From a phage: DNA of 64,000 bases. Shown piece by piece: positions 11,571 to 21,317 of the stretch. The notes under the pieces are model-generated. The model saw only the letters and a list, made by a program, of their open reading frames with translations. It did no database searches and had not been told where the DNA came from. The position numbers were made by a program, and so were the translations under genes. Location of the stretch: sequence record PZ386970.1; one strand, 5' to 3'. Position 1 is the first letter of the stretch. Every line of letters begins with the position of its first letter.

Positions 11571-12569
11571 TTATGATACTAATTCAATCCATGCAGGACG
11601 CAGAACATCTTGCACCATTCGGACTAATTCTTTCTTAACAAGATTCGGATTATCAGATGATGTTAATACAATACCTTCACGAGAAGTTTCTTCCAGAATA
11701 TCTTGAACAGTCAATCCCATCACTTTGCCAAAATCTTTTGGCGTTACTGTCCCAATCTTAGAAATCACATTATTAACACGATTTAATGTAACATAACAAG
11801 CTAGAACATCAAGCAAGTTTTTGTCAATTTCGGTTAATGGGACCTGAGTTTTAATAGGCTTATCAGACTTTTTCTTTTCACTGAATTTAGAGTTCTTGCA
11901 CTTAATAGCTACACGAGTACCGTTTGGCAGCCATTTAGGGAAACAAGGTTTCAGAACATAACCTTCCGCAGTATTATCACCAATAACATAAGCATCAAAT
12001 ACACAATTATTTGCTTCGACAAGGTCTTCTGATGCAGTAGCATTATAAGCGGCTAAGACGGAATCAAGGTCGTTTGGAATCATGATAAGAGAATCAAATG
12101 TTCCACGTCCAAGCATTGGTGCCATTTTAAAACCGAATTCATTACAGATATCTTGCATTTCGTAATCGGTCAAATACGTATTATCACCACTTTCTGTATT
12201 GATAAGGATATCGAACACATAAAAATCTTTTTCACCGTAGTCAACACCTTTCTGGATTCCACCACCAGCGAATTCACCAAATACTTGATATGATACTGCT
12301 CGAGCTGTATACATGAATTCCTGAACGGCTTTAATAGCCTTATCATACTTCTTGAGTACGATTTCATAACCATAAAAATCTTCTGCTGGAAGAATAGGGC
12401 CTGTGCGCTTGGCGCATGTGACGTTGTCACGTTCAATTATTAACGAGAAGTTAGTCCCATGGATTTTCTCACGTGCTACCCAAACACCAGTAGTCAAACC
12501 ATTAGTGTAGAGTTTTTCAATAAACTTAGAGTTGTAGTGGTTTTCAAGACTGCTGTATTTCTTAAACAT
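11571..12569 (-). CDS. rnlB: RNA ligase 2
   Basis: 332-aa ORF; N-terminus [21 protein letters not shown]... and C-terminus ...[14 protein letters not shown] match T4 Rnl2 from memory, including the nucleotidyltransferase lysine motif region EKIHGTNFS. Confidence 0.92.
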   Translation of the reverse strand: MFKKYSSLENHYNSKFIEKLYTNGLTTGVWVAREKIHGTNFSLIIERDNVTCAKRTGPILPAEDFYGYEIVLKKYDKAIKAVQEFMYTARAVSYQVFGEFAGGGIQKGVDYGEKDFYVFDILINTESGDNTYLTDYEMQDICNEFGFKMAPMLGRGTFDSLIMIPNDLDSVLAAYNATASEDLVEANNCVFDAYVIGDNTAEGYVLKPCFPKWLPNGTRVAIKCKNSKFSEKKKSDKPIKTQVPLTEIDKNLLDVLACYVTLNRVNNVISKIGTVTPKDFGKVMGLTVQDILEETSREGIVLTSSDNPNLVKKELVRMVQDVLRPAWIELVS

Positions 12570-12688
12570 AAATCACCATTATAAATAATAATATCAAAAT
12601 AATTAGCAGAGACTCTGTCTCCGACCCGATGTTTAATTTGAATGGATATAACCTAGATTCATTATACCATCAAAAAATGTAAAGCATA

Positions 12689-12940
12689 TTAGAACTTGAT
12701 TTCTATCCAATGCCCATCACGTTGGTCATGATTAATTTTGTACTGAAAGCCATTATCACGTAACCACTGCCCGACTTGCTCGGTGATAGTTAAATCATTC
12801 TTTGATGGATAGTACGTGAATTGTGTCTGGCCTTTGTCAGCGGCTTTCTCTGCCATCACAGAGAAGTTAGCAATAAAATCACTCAACAAATTAGCTTTAG
12901 TGGCCAGAGCCCTTTCTCTTAATTCCTGTGCAAAACTCAT
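12689..12940 (-). CDS. Hypothetical protein (24.2-like position)
   Basis: 83-aa ORF downstream of rnlB on the - strand; synteny only. Confidence 0.5.
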   Translation of the reverse strand: MSFAQELRERALATKANLLSDFIANFSVMAEKAADKGQTQFTYYPSKNDLTITEQVGQWLRDNGFQYKINHDQRDGHWIEIKF

Positions 12941-13137
12941 TTCTTCACCTTTTTGTTAATCAAACGTTTACGGTATACAACTTTTTCTTTTGCTTTAAAC
13001 TTTGACCGAGCTGTCTCGGCTTTAGTCCATAGTAATCCAACTTCTTTAGGTTGTAAACCAATTTTTTGAGCAATTTCTACGAATGAAAATCCCGCCTCGT
13101 GTAATGTATAAACTTCAACTTCAGCTCTCATAATCAA
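12937..13137 (-). CDS. Hypothetical small protein with HTH-like segment and basic tail (24.3-like position)
   Basis: 66-aa ORF; segment GFSFVEIAQKIGLQPKEV resembles a helix-turn-helix; C-terminal K/R-rich tail. Confidence 0.45.
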   Translation of the reverse strand: MIMRAEVEVYTLHEAGFSFVEIAQKIGLQPKEVGLLWTKAETARSKFKAKEKVVYRKRLINKKVKK

Positions 13138-13208
13138 TCCCGTATTATTTGGTTTGTGCCATTATATACATCAATCTCAAATTGTGTTTTGTATGCTTTA
13201 AAAACGAA

Positions 13209-13228
13209 GAAAGGGGCCGAAGCCCCTT
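13209..13228 (-). terminator. Terminator after hoc
   Basis: GGGGC-CGAA-GCCCC hairpin followed on the - strand by a U-rich tract. Confidence 0.6.
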
Positions 13229-13232
13229 ACGA

Positions 13233-14363
13233 TTATGGATATGTATAGATGATACCAGTTTCCAAAGCAGTTTTATGGATGATGTATCCATTACGTGATT
13301 CTTGAACATCAACTTCTGGGTAGTCTTTCATCATCTTCTGAAGAGTGTAACGATCCAGGTAGTATTTACTATCTGGATCTTCAGTTTTCCAATCTTTACC
13401 TTCTTCAGTCATTTTTTGTATTTCATCCATAACCCACCAACCGCACCAGATGTAAGCTGAAGTACGATGTGGAAGAGGATGAACATAAGGTAATTCACCT
13501 TCTGGTTCTGGAGCAACTTTATCAGTCACTTGAACTTGACCTTCCGCTGTAATAGTTTTGCTATCATAATCAGTAGCAGTAACAGTAGCAGTAACTTCAA
13601 TAGTTTGACTTCCAACAGATGAAGTATCAACTGTATATACATTAGTTGACCCTTCTACAGGAGAAGAATCTTTCTTCCATGAATACGTAATTTGCGCTTC
13701 TTCTGGAGCATCAGTGACATTAGCGGTAAATGTAGCTGAAGCATCTTGCTGAACGTTAATAGAAGGAGGAGTCAATGTAACCTGTGGATTCATTGTCTTC
13801 TTATTAACAGTTAATGATACTTCATTCGAAGTAACTTCCTTTGCATCATAATCTGTTGCGGTTACTTGGGCTACACATTTAATTCTTTTTACTCCACTTG
13901 TAGTTGGAGTATAGCTAAATGTAGAGCTAGTTTCTCCACCAACCTGTGAATCATCTACATACCACTGATACGTAGCAGACGCTCCAACCGGTTGAGAAGT
14001 TAAGGCAGCAGTAAATTGAACTGGGGTTCCAATTACTCCAGCTGAAGGACTATTGGGAGTTACTGCCAAGGTAGTTGTCTGAGTTTTATTTTTAACTGTG
14101 ATAGTTGTTGTCGCTTCAGCCGTTTCCGGGCCTCCTTCAGAAAGTGTATTTGTTGCAACTACCTTAATTGTTTTTGTTCCAGCAGGTCCTTTTAACACAT
14201 AATCAAAAGATTCTGCCGATCCTACTTGAGGAGCATCGTCTACACTCCATGCATAGGTAATAGTTCCACCTCCAGTTTCACCACTGGGTGTAGCAGTAAA
14301 CTGCTTGGTTTCATCAATAACCCCTGTTGGTGTTTTAGGAGTTATATCAACTGTAAAAGCCAT
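13233..14363 (-). CDS. hoc: Highly immunogenic outer capsid protein Hoc (three Ig-like repeats plus capsid-binding domain)
   Basis: 376-aa ORF (T4 Hoc 376 aa); three internally repeated ~90-aa T/S/V-rich modules (YAWSVDD..., YQWYVDD..., YSWKKDS...). Confidence 0.85.
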   Translation of the reverse strand: MAFTVDITPKTPTGVIDETKQFTATPSGETGGGTITYAWSVDDAPQVGSAESFDYVLKGPAGTKTIKVVATNTLSEGGPETAEATTTITVKNKTQTTTLAVTPNSPSAGVIGTPVQFTAALTSQPVGASATYQWYVDDSQVGGETSSTFSYTPTTSGVKRIKCVAQVTATDYDAKEVTSNEVSLTVNKKTMNPQVTLTPPSINVQQDASATFTANVTDAPEEAQITYSWKKDSSPVEGSTNVYTVDTSSVGSQTIEVTATVTATDYDSKTITAEGQVQVTDKVAPEPEGELPYVHPLPHRTSAYIWCGWWVMDEIQKMTEEGKDWKTEDPDSKYYLDRYTLQKMMKDYPEVDVQESRNGYIIHKTALETGIIYTYP

Positions 14364-14372
14364 AAGTTATCC

Positions 14373-15041
14373 TTATTTTAATGTTACGAAAGAAGAATTA
14401 CGAGTTTCACGAATTAGAACTGATCCATCGCGATTAATATAATAAATTAAGCTAAATAATGTTTGGTGAGCAGAAGCGTGCACAAAACTGGTTGGGCGAG
14501 ATTTCCAATCAGGTGTTTCGGCTATCCATTGATAAATCCACCAAGGAACAGTAACATATCCCGGGCCTTTGCCTAATTTAATGAGTGTAGGACTAAAATT
14601 TTCAGGCAGAACAAAATTTACTTCTTTATTTACCTCTGACTCAGGCTCTTTTTCAGATTCAACAATCTGAGTAATTGCTTCTTCGAATTTATCATGGTCG
14701 AATTCTTTTTCTTGTTCGACAACTTCTAATACTTCAACTTGGTCTGTTGGAGAATCAAACAACAGAATAGCTTCTTCTTTAACTTCTTCGTTGGTGAAAT
14801 TAACACCGTCCACATCATCTGCGGCAGTAATTAAATCGGTGATAGATAATCCATCAGTTTCAGGTAACGGTTCATCAGCCAGTGCGTTAAGAGCTTCTTC
14901 GATATCAATAACAATATTATCGAATGATTTTGTTTTCTTAACACTAATGCCAAATTGTTCCGCATATTCAAACAGTTTAGCTTTGGCTTCCTTTTTATCA
15001 GAAAGAGCACGTAACTCTTCAATATAGTCTTTATCGATCAT
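14373..15041 (-). CDS. inh: Acidic protein, Inh-like (inhibitor of prohead protease)
   Basis: 222-aa acidic ORF directly after hoc; position and size of T4 inh. Confidence 0.6.
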   Translation of the reverse strand: MIDKDYIEELRALSDKKEAKAKLFEYAEQFGISVKKTKSFDNIVIDIEEALNALADEPLPETDGLSITDLITAADDVDGVNFTNEEVKEEAILLFDSPTDQVEVLEVVEQEKEFDHDKFEEAITQIVESEKEPESEVNKEVNFVLPENFSPTLIKLGKGPGYVTVPWWIYQWIAETPDWKSRPTSFVHASAHQTLFSLIYYINRDGSVLIRETRNSSFVTLK

Positions 15042-15054
15042 GGTATTTCCTCAT

Positions 15055-15062
15055 TATAAATA
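15055..15062 (+). promoter_or_regulatory. Late promoter TATAAATA (uvsW)
   Basis: Exact TATAAATA about 30 bp upstream of uvsW; uvsW is a late gene in T4. Confidence 0.55.
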
Positions 15063-15091
15063 TAACTATATTTATTACATGGTAATTTGAC

Positions 15092-16606
15092 ATGACTGAC
15101 ATTAAAGTACATTTTCATGATTTTAGTCACGTGCGCATTGAATGCGACGAAAGTACGTTTTACGAACTTCGTGACTTTTTTAGCTTTGAAGCTGATGGGT
15201 ATAAATTTAACCCAAAATATCGCTATGGGCAATGGGATGGTAGAATTCGACTTTTAGATTACAATCGTTTGTTACCATATGGACTTGTAGGACAAATAAA
15301 AAAGTTCTGTAACAATATGAGTTATTCTGTATGGATTGACCCTAAAATCTTTGAGACTGAAGACCTTACCAGGGAAGATTTTGACGCATGGCTTTCTAAA
15401 CAAGAAATTTATTCAGGCAACGCCAAAATCGAACCGCATTGGTATCAAAAAGATGCAGTATATGAAGGTCTAGTTAATCGTCGTCGAATTTTAAACCTTC
15501 CGACATCAGCAGGTAAATCACTAATCCAAGCACTTTTAGCTCGGTATTATTTAGAGAACTATGAAGGTAAAATTCTCATTATCGTCCCTACAACAGCATT
15601 GACAACCCAGATGGCTAATGATTTTGTTGATTATCGCTTGTTTAGTCATTCGATGATTAAGAAAATTGGTGGTGGTGCTGATAAAGCGGACAAATCTAAA
15701 AACGACGCTCCAATTATTGTTGGCACATGGCAAACGGTAGTTAAGCAGCCTAAAGAATGGTTCTCTCAGTTCGGTATGATGATGAACGATGAATGCCACT
15801 TAGCAACAGGCAAAAGTATTTCTTCAATCATCTCAGGATTAAATAATTGCATGTTTAAATTCGGTTTATCCGGCTCATTAAGAGACGGAAAAGCCAATGT
15901 AATGCAGTACGTAGGTATGTTCGGCGAAATCTTCCGTCCTGTTAGCACGTCTAAATTAATGGAAGACGGACAGGTAACTGAGCTTAAGATTAATAGTATT
16001 TTTCTTCGTTATCCAGACGAATTCGCCACCAAATTGAAAGGTAAAACATACCAAGAAGAAGTTAAAATTATTACCGGGCTAAAACGTCGTACAAAGTGGA
16101 TTGCTCAACTTTCAGTCAAATTGGCTAAGAAAGACGAGAACGCCTTTGTAATGTTTAAACACGTTACACACGGTAAAGAAATATTTGAAGCTATTAAAGA
16201 GCTTGGATACGAAAAAGTTTATTACGTATCAGGTGAAGTTGATACTGAAACACGTAACGCGCTTAAAGTCATGGCAGAAAATGGTAAAGGCATTATTATC
16301 GTCGCATCATATGGAGTATTCTCTACTGGTATTTCAGTCAAGAATCTTCATCATGTTATTTTTGCCCATGGTGTTAAATCAAAAATTATCGTACTTCAAA
16401 CCGTAGGTCGCGTGCTTCGTAAGCATGGTTCTAAAGCTGTTGCTACAGTTTGGGATCTCATCGATGACGCAGGTGTAAAACCTAAATCATTAAATACTAA
16501 AAAGAAGTATACTCATCTTAATTACTTGTTAAAACACGGTATTGATCGTATCCAACGTTACGCTGATGAGAAATTTAACTATGTAATGAAAACAATTAAT
16601 TTATAA
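15092..16606 (+). CDS. uvsW: UvsW DNA/RNA helicase (SF2)
   Basis: 504-aa ORF; helicase motifs (GKS Walker A, DECH box); strong identity to T4 UvsW from memory; TATAAATA at 15055-15062. Confidence 0.93.
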   Translation: MTDIKVHFHDFSHVRIECDESTFYELRDFFSFEADGYKFNPKYRYGQWDGRIRLLDYNRLLPYGLVGQIKKFCNNMSYSVWIDPKIFETEDLTREDFDAWLSKQEIYSGNAKIEPHWYQKDAVYEGLVNRRRILNLPTSAGKSLIQALLARYYLENYEGKILIIVPTTALTTQMANDFVDYRLFSHSMIKKIGGGADKADKSKNDAPIIVGTWQTVVKQPKEWFSQFGMMMNDECHLATGKSISSIISGLNNCMFKFGLSGSLRDGKANVMQYVGMFGEIFRPVSTSKLMEDGQVTELKINSIFLRYPDEFATKLKGKTYQEEVKIITGLKRRTKWIAQLSVKLAKKDENAFVMFKHVTHGKEIFEAIKELGYEKVYYVSGEVDTETRNALKVMAENGKGIIIVASYGVFSTGISVKNLHHVIFAHGVKSKIIVLQTVGRVLRKHGSKAVATVWDLIDDAGVKPKSLNTKKKYTHLNYLLKHGIDRIQRYADEKFNYVMKTINL

Positions 16607-16631
16607 GGGCTTCGGCCCTTAGGAGATAAAA

Positions 16632-16865
16632 ATGGTACTTGAATTTAAACAATTTTTATACGAAGCATCTATTGACGAATTCATGGGTAAAATTGCTAGT
16701 TGTCATACCTTAGAAGGGCTTGAAGAATTGGAAGCTTATTATAAGAAACGTATAAAAGAAACGGAATTAAAAGATACAGATGATATTTCTGTCAGGGATG
16801 CCTTAGCAGGTAAGCGTGCCGAACTTGAAGGCGACGATGATGAGGATGAGGAAGAAGACTTCTAA
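16632..16865 (+). CDS. uvsW.1: UvsW.1 accessory protein, acidic C-terminus
   Basis: 77-aa ORF immediately after uvsW with RBS AGGAG; C-terminal DDDEDEEEDF. Confidence 0.7.
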   Translation: MVLEFKQFLYEASIDEFMGKIASCHTLEGLEELEAYYKKRIKETELKDTDDISVRDALAGKRAELEGDDDEDEEEDF

Positions 16866-16870
16866 TTAAA

Positions 16871-16897
16871 AAAAGGCCCGACCTTTTTGGAAGGGCC
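16871..16897 (-). terminator. Terminator downstream of the uvsY operon (possibly bidirectional with uvsW.1)
   Basis: Minus-strand GGCCC...GGGCC stem followed by TTTTTTT. Confidence 0.6.
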
Positions 16898-16924
16898 AAA
16901 AACCATAGGCAAAAAAAGGTAACA

Positions 16925-17092
16925 CTATAGTAAAAGTTGGGTTTCGTTCAATTGCTCTTCTGAACTTTCTGAAACCGGCAATTGTTGTACATAATTATAA
17001 CAAGGACCAGGATGTGCTGGACCTTTGTCTGTTTCAACAACCAATGCAGAATCGATTGGAGTTTTACAGACAACACAAATCTTATCTGACAT
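16925..17092 (-). CDS. Small Cys-containing protein (55 aa), uvsY.-2 position
   Basis: ORF below the 60-aa track cutoff found by manual translation: MSDKICVVCKTPIDSALVVETDKGPAHPGPCYNYVQQ...; strong RBS AGGAGG 5 nt upstream. Confidence 0.45.
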   Translation of the reverse strand: MSDKICVVCKTPIDSALVVETDKGPAHPGPCYNYVQQLPVSESSEEQLNETQLLL

Positions 17093-17124
17093 GATTGCCT
17101 CCTAAGTTGAAATTACATATCTAT

Positions 17125-17349
17125 TTATACCATTCGCATGCACATATCGATACCCATATCTTTTGTATAAAAATACTCGTCGATGTACCCAGCAAACTTC
17201 CCTTTAATATAAAGGACGTCTTCGCCACAAGGGTGGTCTGCCAGAATACGAATATCCTGACGTCGTAGACGATACTTTTCCATTAAGAATTTAATTTCAG
17301 TTTCAAATTCTTCATCATTATTAAAGGCATCTTCAATTGAATAACGCAT
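17125..17349 (-). CDS. Hypothetical protein (uvsY.-1 position)
   Basis: 74-aa ORF immediately downstream of uvsY on the - strand. Confidence 0.5.
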   Translation of the reverse strand: MRYSIEDAFNNDEEFETEIKFLMEKYRLRRQDIRILADHPCGEDVLYIKGKFAGYIDEYFYTKDMGIDMCMRMV

Positions 17350-17762
17350 TATTGCCCCGCTTCAAATTCTCGCATATCTTGGATATGTTTAAGTGCAAAA
17401 CTACGAGACTTGACTGCGTCAAGTGCACCACTACAGAACTCAAGTAAAATTCCCCAGTATTGTAAAGTAGTCTCTATTTTAAGCACATCTTTATCTGCGG
17501 CCAGGACAGTTTTCATTTCAGATTTCTCATATCGGTCCATACTGAATTCATCACCGTCACCTCGTCCCGAGTAGTAGTCTAATCTTGCTTTTAGAGCAGT
17601 TTTCTTCTGAGTCTCTATACGCAACATTTCTTTACGAATAAATGAGTGCTTACGTAGCCATTTGCTGTATAACTTAACATTATTCGCCGTCTCATATTGC
17701 AACTTTGTCGTATCAATAGCTAAGTCTGCGTCTAACTCTTCCTGTAAATCTTCCAGCTTCAT
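17349..17762 (-). CDS. uvsY: UvsY recombination mediator
   Basis: Start placed at internal Met (MKLEDLQEEL...) giving 137 aa like T4 UvsY; the 27-codon upstream extension in the track covers a MotA-box promoter. Confidence 0.9.
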   Translation of the reverse strand: MKLEDLQEELDADLAIDTTKLQYETANNVKLYSKWLRKHSFIRKEMLRIETQKKTALKARLDYYSGRGDGDEFSMDRYEKSEMKTVLAADKDVLKIETTLQYWGILLEFCSGALDAVKSRSFALKHIQDMREFEAGQ

Positions 17763-17817
17763 AATGTTCTCTCTTTTAACTAATAATCTCCCGGCTGTAT
17801 CGGAAGGACCTAAAACC

Positions 17818-17845
17818 ATTATACATAGGTTGCCTTGAAGCATTA
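17818..17845 (-). promoter_or_regulatory. MotA-dependent middle promoter for uvsY (MotA box TAATGCTTCA + 12 bp + TATAAT)
   Basis: Minus-strand reading TAATGCTTCAAGGCAACCTATGTATAATGG; MotA box overlaps the gene 25 stop codon. Confidence 0.65.
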
Positions 17846-18241
17846 CACTCTATTGCTTGACGCTAACTGAAGTTTAATTTGTTCAATATCGTCAGGGTTG
17901 TCTACGACCGAAAATCTAATCTCTACTATAACCGTATAGTCATCATATACTGGCGTTACACTTACAGAAAGTTTGTCGATGCGTGGCTCATAGTTACGAA
18001 CAGCTGCCTGGATATTACGCTCAATCGTATCGGCTGTAAGTGGTGTCATATTCTCGAAAAGTTCATCAACCAAATCGCATCCAAATTCAGGGTCGAAGGG
18101 GCGCGAGCCTTTTCTAGTTGTCACTATGCCAAGAAGACTATTTTTAATAGAACGAAGTCCTACAGAACGAGCAACGTCCTTATTCCAATCCATACGCATT
18201 TCTGGGTCGATATCTGAATAAAGTTTATTGATATTAGACAT
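17843..18241 (-). CDS. 25: Baseplate wedge subunit gp25
   Basis: 132-aa ORF; near-identical to T4 gp25 from memory (MSNINKLYSDIDPEM...QLASSNRV). Confidence 0.92.
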   Translation of the reverse strand: MSNINKLYSDIDPEMRMDWNKDVARSVGLRSIKNSLLGIVTTRKGSRPFDPEFGCDLVDELFENMTPLTADTIERNIQAAVRNYEPRIDKLSVSVTPVYDDYTVIVEIRFSVVDNPDDIEQIKLQLASSNRV

Positions 18242-18867
18242 TATAGTAACTCAAAGAATTCTTTGAGGCCTCGTATTGTGTGAACGTGTGACGCCCCACA
18301 TTTGGGACATTTAATAGGGGTTGCCAGATAAATTGATGGCGACACCAAAAGATTTTTAATATTGATCATGTCATCTTCTGTTATAAGGCCGTAAAGGTCG
18401 TTTATTTCTGCTTCAGTTAAATCTTCAACAGGGATGGACTCTCCATTGACAAAAACAGCCTCAATACATGAAGCAATCATTAATGCGATATTTTTATCAT
18501 CAAATAATTTAGGTTGACGGAACTTAATTTTAATACCACTGAACGAATACCAGGGATCGGCCTGTTCATCTAATTGAGTGTGCAATAAATTCATATAGAC
18601 TTGAAATGAATGCCCACAGGAACAATTCCAGGTGTGTTCTTGATTCACTTCACCTAATGAATGTGCCCACAGATTTACTAACAATAGCTCGGCTTCTTGT
18701 TTAGACAAGTTTTTAGCATTAGAGCAATTAGTGATAATATTGTTCACTGCTGATTCAATAGTACCGGTAGCACGAGCACCTATGAGCCCTAAATATTCTT
18801 TTAAAGTAAAGGCTCTACAATTCACTTCTTTATCGCCTAAACGTACGGTAAACGTATATTTGTACAT
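18241..18867 (-). CDS. 26: Baseplate hub subunit gp26
   Basis: 208-aa ORF coupled to gene 25; position and size of T4 gp26; C-terminal CPKCG motif. Confidence 0.8.
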   Translation of the reverse strand: MYKYTFTVRLGDKEVNCRAFTLKEYLGLIGARATGTIESAVNNIITNCSNAKNLSKQEAELLLVNLWAHSLGEVNQEHTWNCSCGHSFQVYMNLLHTQLDEQADPWYSFSGIKIKFRQPKLFDDKNIALMIASCIEAVFVNGESIPVEDLTEAEINDLYGLITEDDMINIKNLLVSPSIYLATPIKCPKCGASHVHTIRGLKEFFELL

Positions 18868-18885
18868 GTTAACTCCTTTATTGTG

Positions 18886-18897
18886 TATTTATAAATA
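18886..18897. promoter_or_regulatory. Divergent overlapping late promoters (TATTTATAAATA) for genes 26-25 (-) and 51 (+)
   Basis: The 12-mer contains TATAAATA on both strands (18890-18897 on +, 18886-18893 on -). Confidence 0.6.
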
Positions 18898-18914
18898 ATA
18901 GAAAAGGAGTAATT

Positions 18915-19667
18915 ATGGCTAATATAATTCGTTGTAAATTACCGGATGGTGTTCATCGTTTTAAGCCGTTCACCGTGGCGGATTATAGAGACTTTTTACT
19001 AGTTAGAAATGATATCGAACATCGTTCGCCACAAGAACAAAAAGAAATAATTGCCGATCTGATTGATGATTATTTTGGCGAGTACCCTAAAACATGGCAA
19101 CCATTTATATTTCTGCAAGTTTTTGCAGGCTCTATAGGCAAAACAAAAGTTCCCGTTATTTTCACTTGCCCTAAATGCTCTAAAGAAAAAACTGCACCAT
19201 TTGAGATATATCAAAAAGAACTAGTCGAACCTGAACTTGATGTTGCTGGTATAAAAATACGTTTTTCTTTCCCTGAAAAGTTTTATGACAATAAAGCATT
19301 AATGATAAGTGAAAACATAAAAGAAATATATTATAATGATGAATGGTACCCATGGAATGATTTGACTGAAGAGAACCAAATCCAAGTAATAGAAGCAATA
19401 GACATTGACTCGCTCGAGAAGGTTATTGCTTCTATGAACCCTATTAATTTGACCCTTAGATTAGGTTGTTGTGAACGTCATGTTAAAACATATACTGATA
19501 TCTTAGAGGTTTTTAAATTGTTAGTTAACCCTGATGAGATTTTTACATTCTATCAGATAAACCATTCACTAGTAAAGAGTCAATACACATTGGATTCTAT
19601 TATGCAAATGATTCCTGTTGAACGTGGTATTGCTTTAACATTAGTAGAAAAGGACCATAAAAAATGA
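18915..19667 (+). CDS. 51: Baseplate hub assembly protein gp51
   Basis: 250-aa ORF divergent from 26; synteny with T4 gene 51; shares sequence blocks with gp26. Confidence 0.8.
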   Translation: MANIIRCKLPDGVHRFKPFTVADYRDFLLVRNDIEHRSPQEQKEIIADLIDDYFGEYPKTWQPFIFLQVFAGSIGKTKVPVIFTCPKCSKEKTAPFEIYQKELVEPELDVAGIKIRFSFPEKFYDNKALMISENIKEIYYNDEWYPWNDLTEENQIQVIEAIDIDSLEKVIASMNPINLTLRLGCCERHVKTYTDILEVFKLLVNPDEIFTFYQINHSLVKSQYTLDSIMQMIPVERGIALTLVEKDHKK

Positions 19668-20836
19668 CAGTATTCCAACGTCCAGGATATCCTAACTTAA
19701 GCGTTAAATTATACCAAGATTATTCGGCTTGGCAAGAAAATAGATACGTTGAACTCGCAGCAACAATAACAACTTTAACCATGCGAGATTCGCTATATGG
19801 AAGAAATGAAGGGATTCTTCAATTTTATGACACTAAAAACATCCACACTAAAATGGATGGTAGACAGATAGTCCAAATCTCTGTTTCAAATTCAAACACA
19901 CCTCTCCAAGTTAGAACTCGAATTTATGGATGTAGACATTATTCTGTGTCTGTGGACTCAAAAGGTGACAATATTATTGCAATTGAGCTTGGAACAATAC
20001 ATTCTATAGAGAACCTTAAATTTGGGCGTCCGTTCTTCCCAGACGCAGGAGAATCTATACGTGAAATGTTAGGTGTCATATATAAAGACCGTACGTTAAT
20101 TACTCCGCCAATAAACACTATTAATGCTTATGTTCCTGATATTCCTTGGACAAGCACATTTGATGATTATTTGGCATATGTCAGAGAATTAGGACTTGCT
20201 ACAGCGAGTGATAAGTTCGTATTCGTATGGCAAGATATTTTAGGCGTAAACATGATTGACTATGATACTCTTATTGGTCAAGAAGGCATTAAGATGATTG
20301 TAGGTGAGCCAAATACCGTAGGTCAGTATATTCAAGAGCTTGAGTATCCATTAGTATGGGATTTTACCTGGATGACTAAAGCCAACCAATTTACAAGAGA
20401 CCCTATTAAAAACGCCACGATATTCGCCCATTCATTTTTAGATACATCTATTCCGGTTATTGTTACAGGTGATGGTGATAATGCTATTCTTGTGTCAAGA
20501 TCTGGTGGATATTCCGAAATGACCTATCGTAATGGATTTGAAGAAGCAAGTCGTCTTCAGACAATGGCTCAATATGACGGATATGCTAAATGCACTACTA
20601 CAGGTAATTTTAACATAACGCCTGCTACTAAAATTATATTTGTTGACCAAAAGAACCAATTCAAATCCGAATTTTACGTGGATGAAGTTATTCATGAGTT
20701 ATCAAATAACAACTCACAAACTCATCTGTACATGTTTACCAACTCAATGGTGTTAGAACCTGTTAACCCAGTTAAGGTTAAAAATGAACTTAAATCTGAT
20801 TCTACCTCTAAAGAAAATAATTCTACCACAGTCTAA
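19664..20836 (+). CDS. 27: Baseplate hub subunit gp27
   Basis: 390-aa ORF (T4 gp27 391 aa); ATGA overlap with gene 51. Confidence 0.85.
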   Translation: MTVFQRPGYPNLSVKLYQDYSAWQENRYVELAATITTLTMRDSLYGRNEGILQFYDTKNIHTKMDGRQIVQISVSNSNTPLQVRTRIYGCRHYSVSVDSKGDNIIAIELGTIHSIENLKFGRPFFPDAGESIREMLGVIYKDRTLITPPINTINAYVPDIPWTSTFDDYLAYVRELGLATASDKFVFVWQDILGVNMIDYDTLIGQEGIKMIVGEPNTVGQYIQELEYPLVWDFTWMTKANQFTRDPIKNATIFAHSFLDTSIPVIVTGDGDNAILVSRSGGYSEMTYRNGFEEASRLQTMAQYDGYAKCTTTGNFNITPATKIIFVDQKNQFKSEFYVDEVIHELSNNNSQTHLYMFTNSMVLEPVNPVKVKNELKSDSTSKENNSTTV

Positions 20837-21317
20837 TAAAAAGGTAATGATTCCTAAATTAGGGCTCAAACATTATAATCTTTTAAAGGACGTTAAAGGA
20901 CCTGATGAAAACATGAAAATCTTAGCTGATTCTATTTGTAAAAATATGAGTCCCGCAGATTTTGATTTTGCATGTCTACATATATTGGAATTTAATAACA
21001 AACTTAAGTCTGAAGTTGAAAAAGACGGATTCACATATAAACTAGATGACGTCTATGTATGCCAACGAACAGAATTCCAATTCCAAGGCAATACTTTTTA
21101 TTTTAGACCTCCAGGCAAATTTGAACAATTCGCTACAATCAGTGAAATGTTATCAAATTGCTTAATAAAAGTTAATGACGAAGAGAAAGAAATTTCTTTC
21201 CTTGAGATGCCTGCTTTTGTAATCAAATGGGCAGAAGACCTTTCGACAACTATTGCTATTCCAGGCCCTAATGGCCCTATTAAGGGTATAGCAGAAATTA
21301 TTGGATTGCTTGAATGA
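20784..21317 (+). CDS. 28: Baseplate hub distal subunit gp28
   Basis: 177-aa ORF in T4 gp28 position and size. Confidence 0.8.
   Translation: MNLNLILPLKKIILPQSNKKVMIPKLGLKHYNLLKDVKGPDENMKILADSICKNMSPADFDFACLHILEFNNKLKSEVEKDGFTYKLDDVYVCQRTEFQFQGNTFYFRPPGKFEQFATISEMLSNCLIKVNDEEKEISFLEMPAFVIKWAEDLSTTIAIPGPNGPIKGIAEIIGLLE

Noticed and set aside
17763-17843. 27-codon N-terminal extension of uvsY (MLQGN...)
   Set aside because: The extension spans the MotA-box middle promoter; the internal Met start reproduces the T4 UvsY N-terminus and length.
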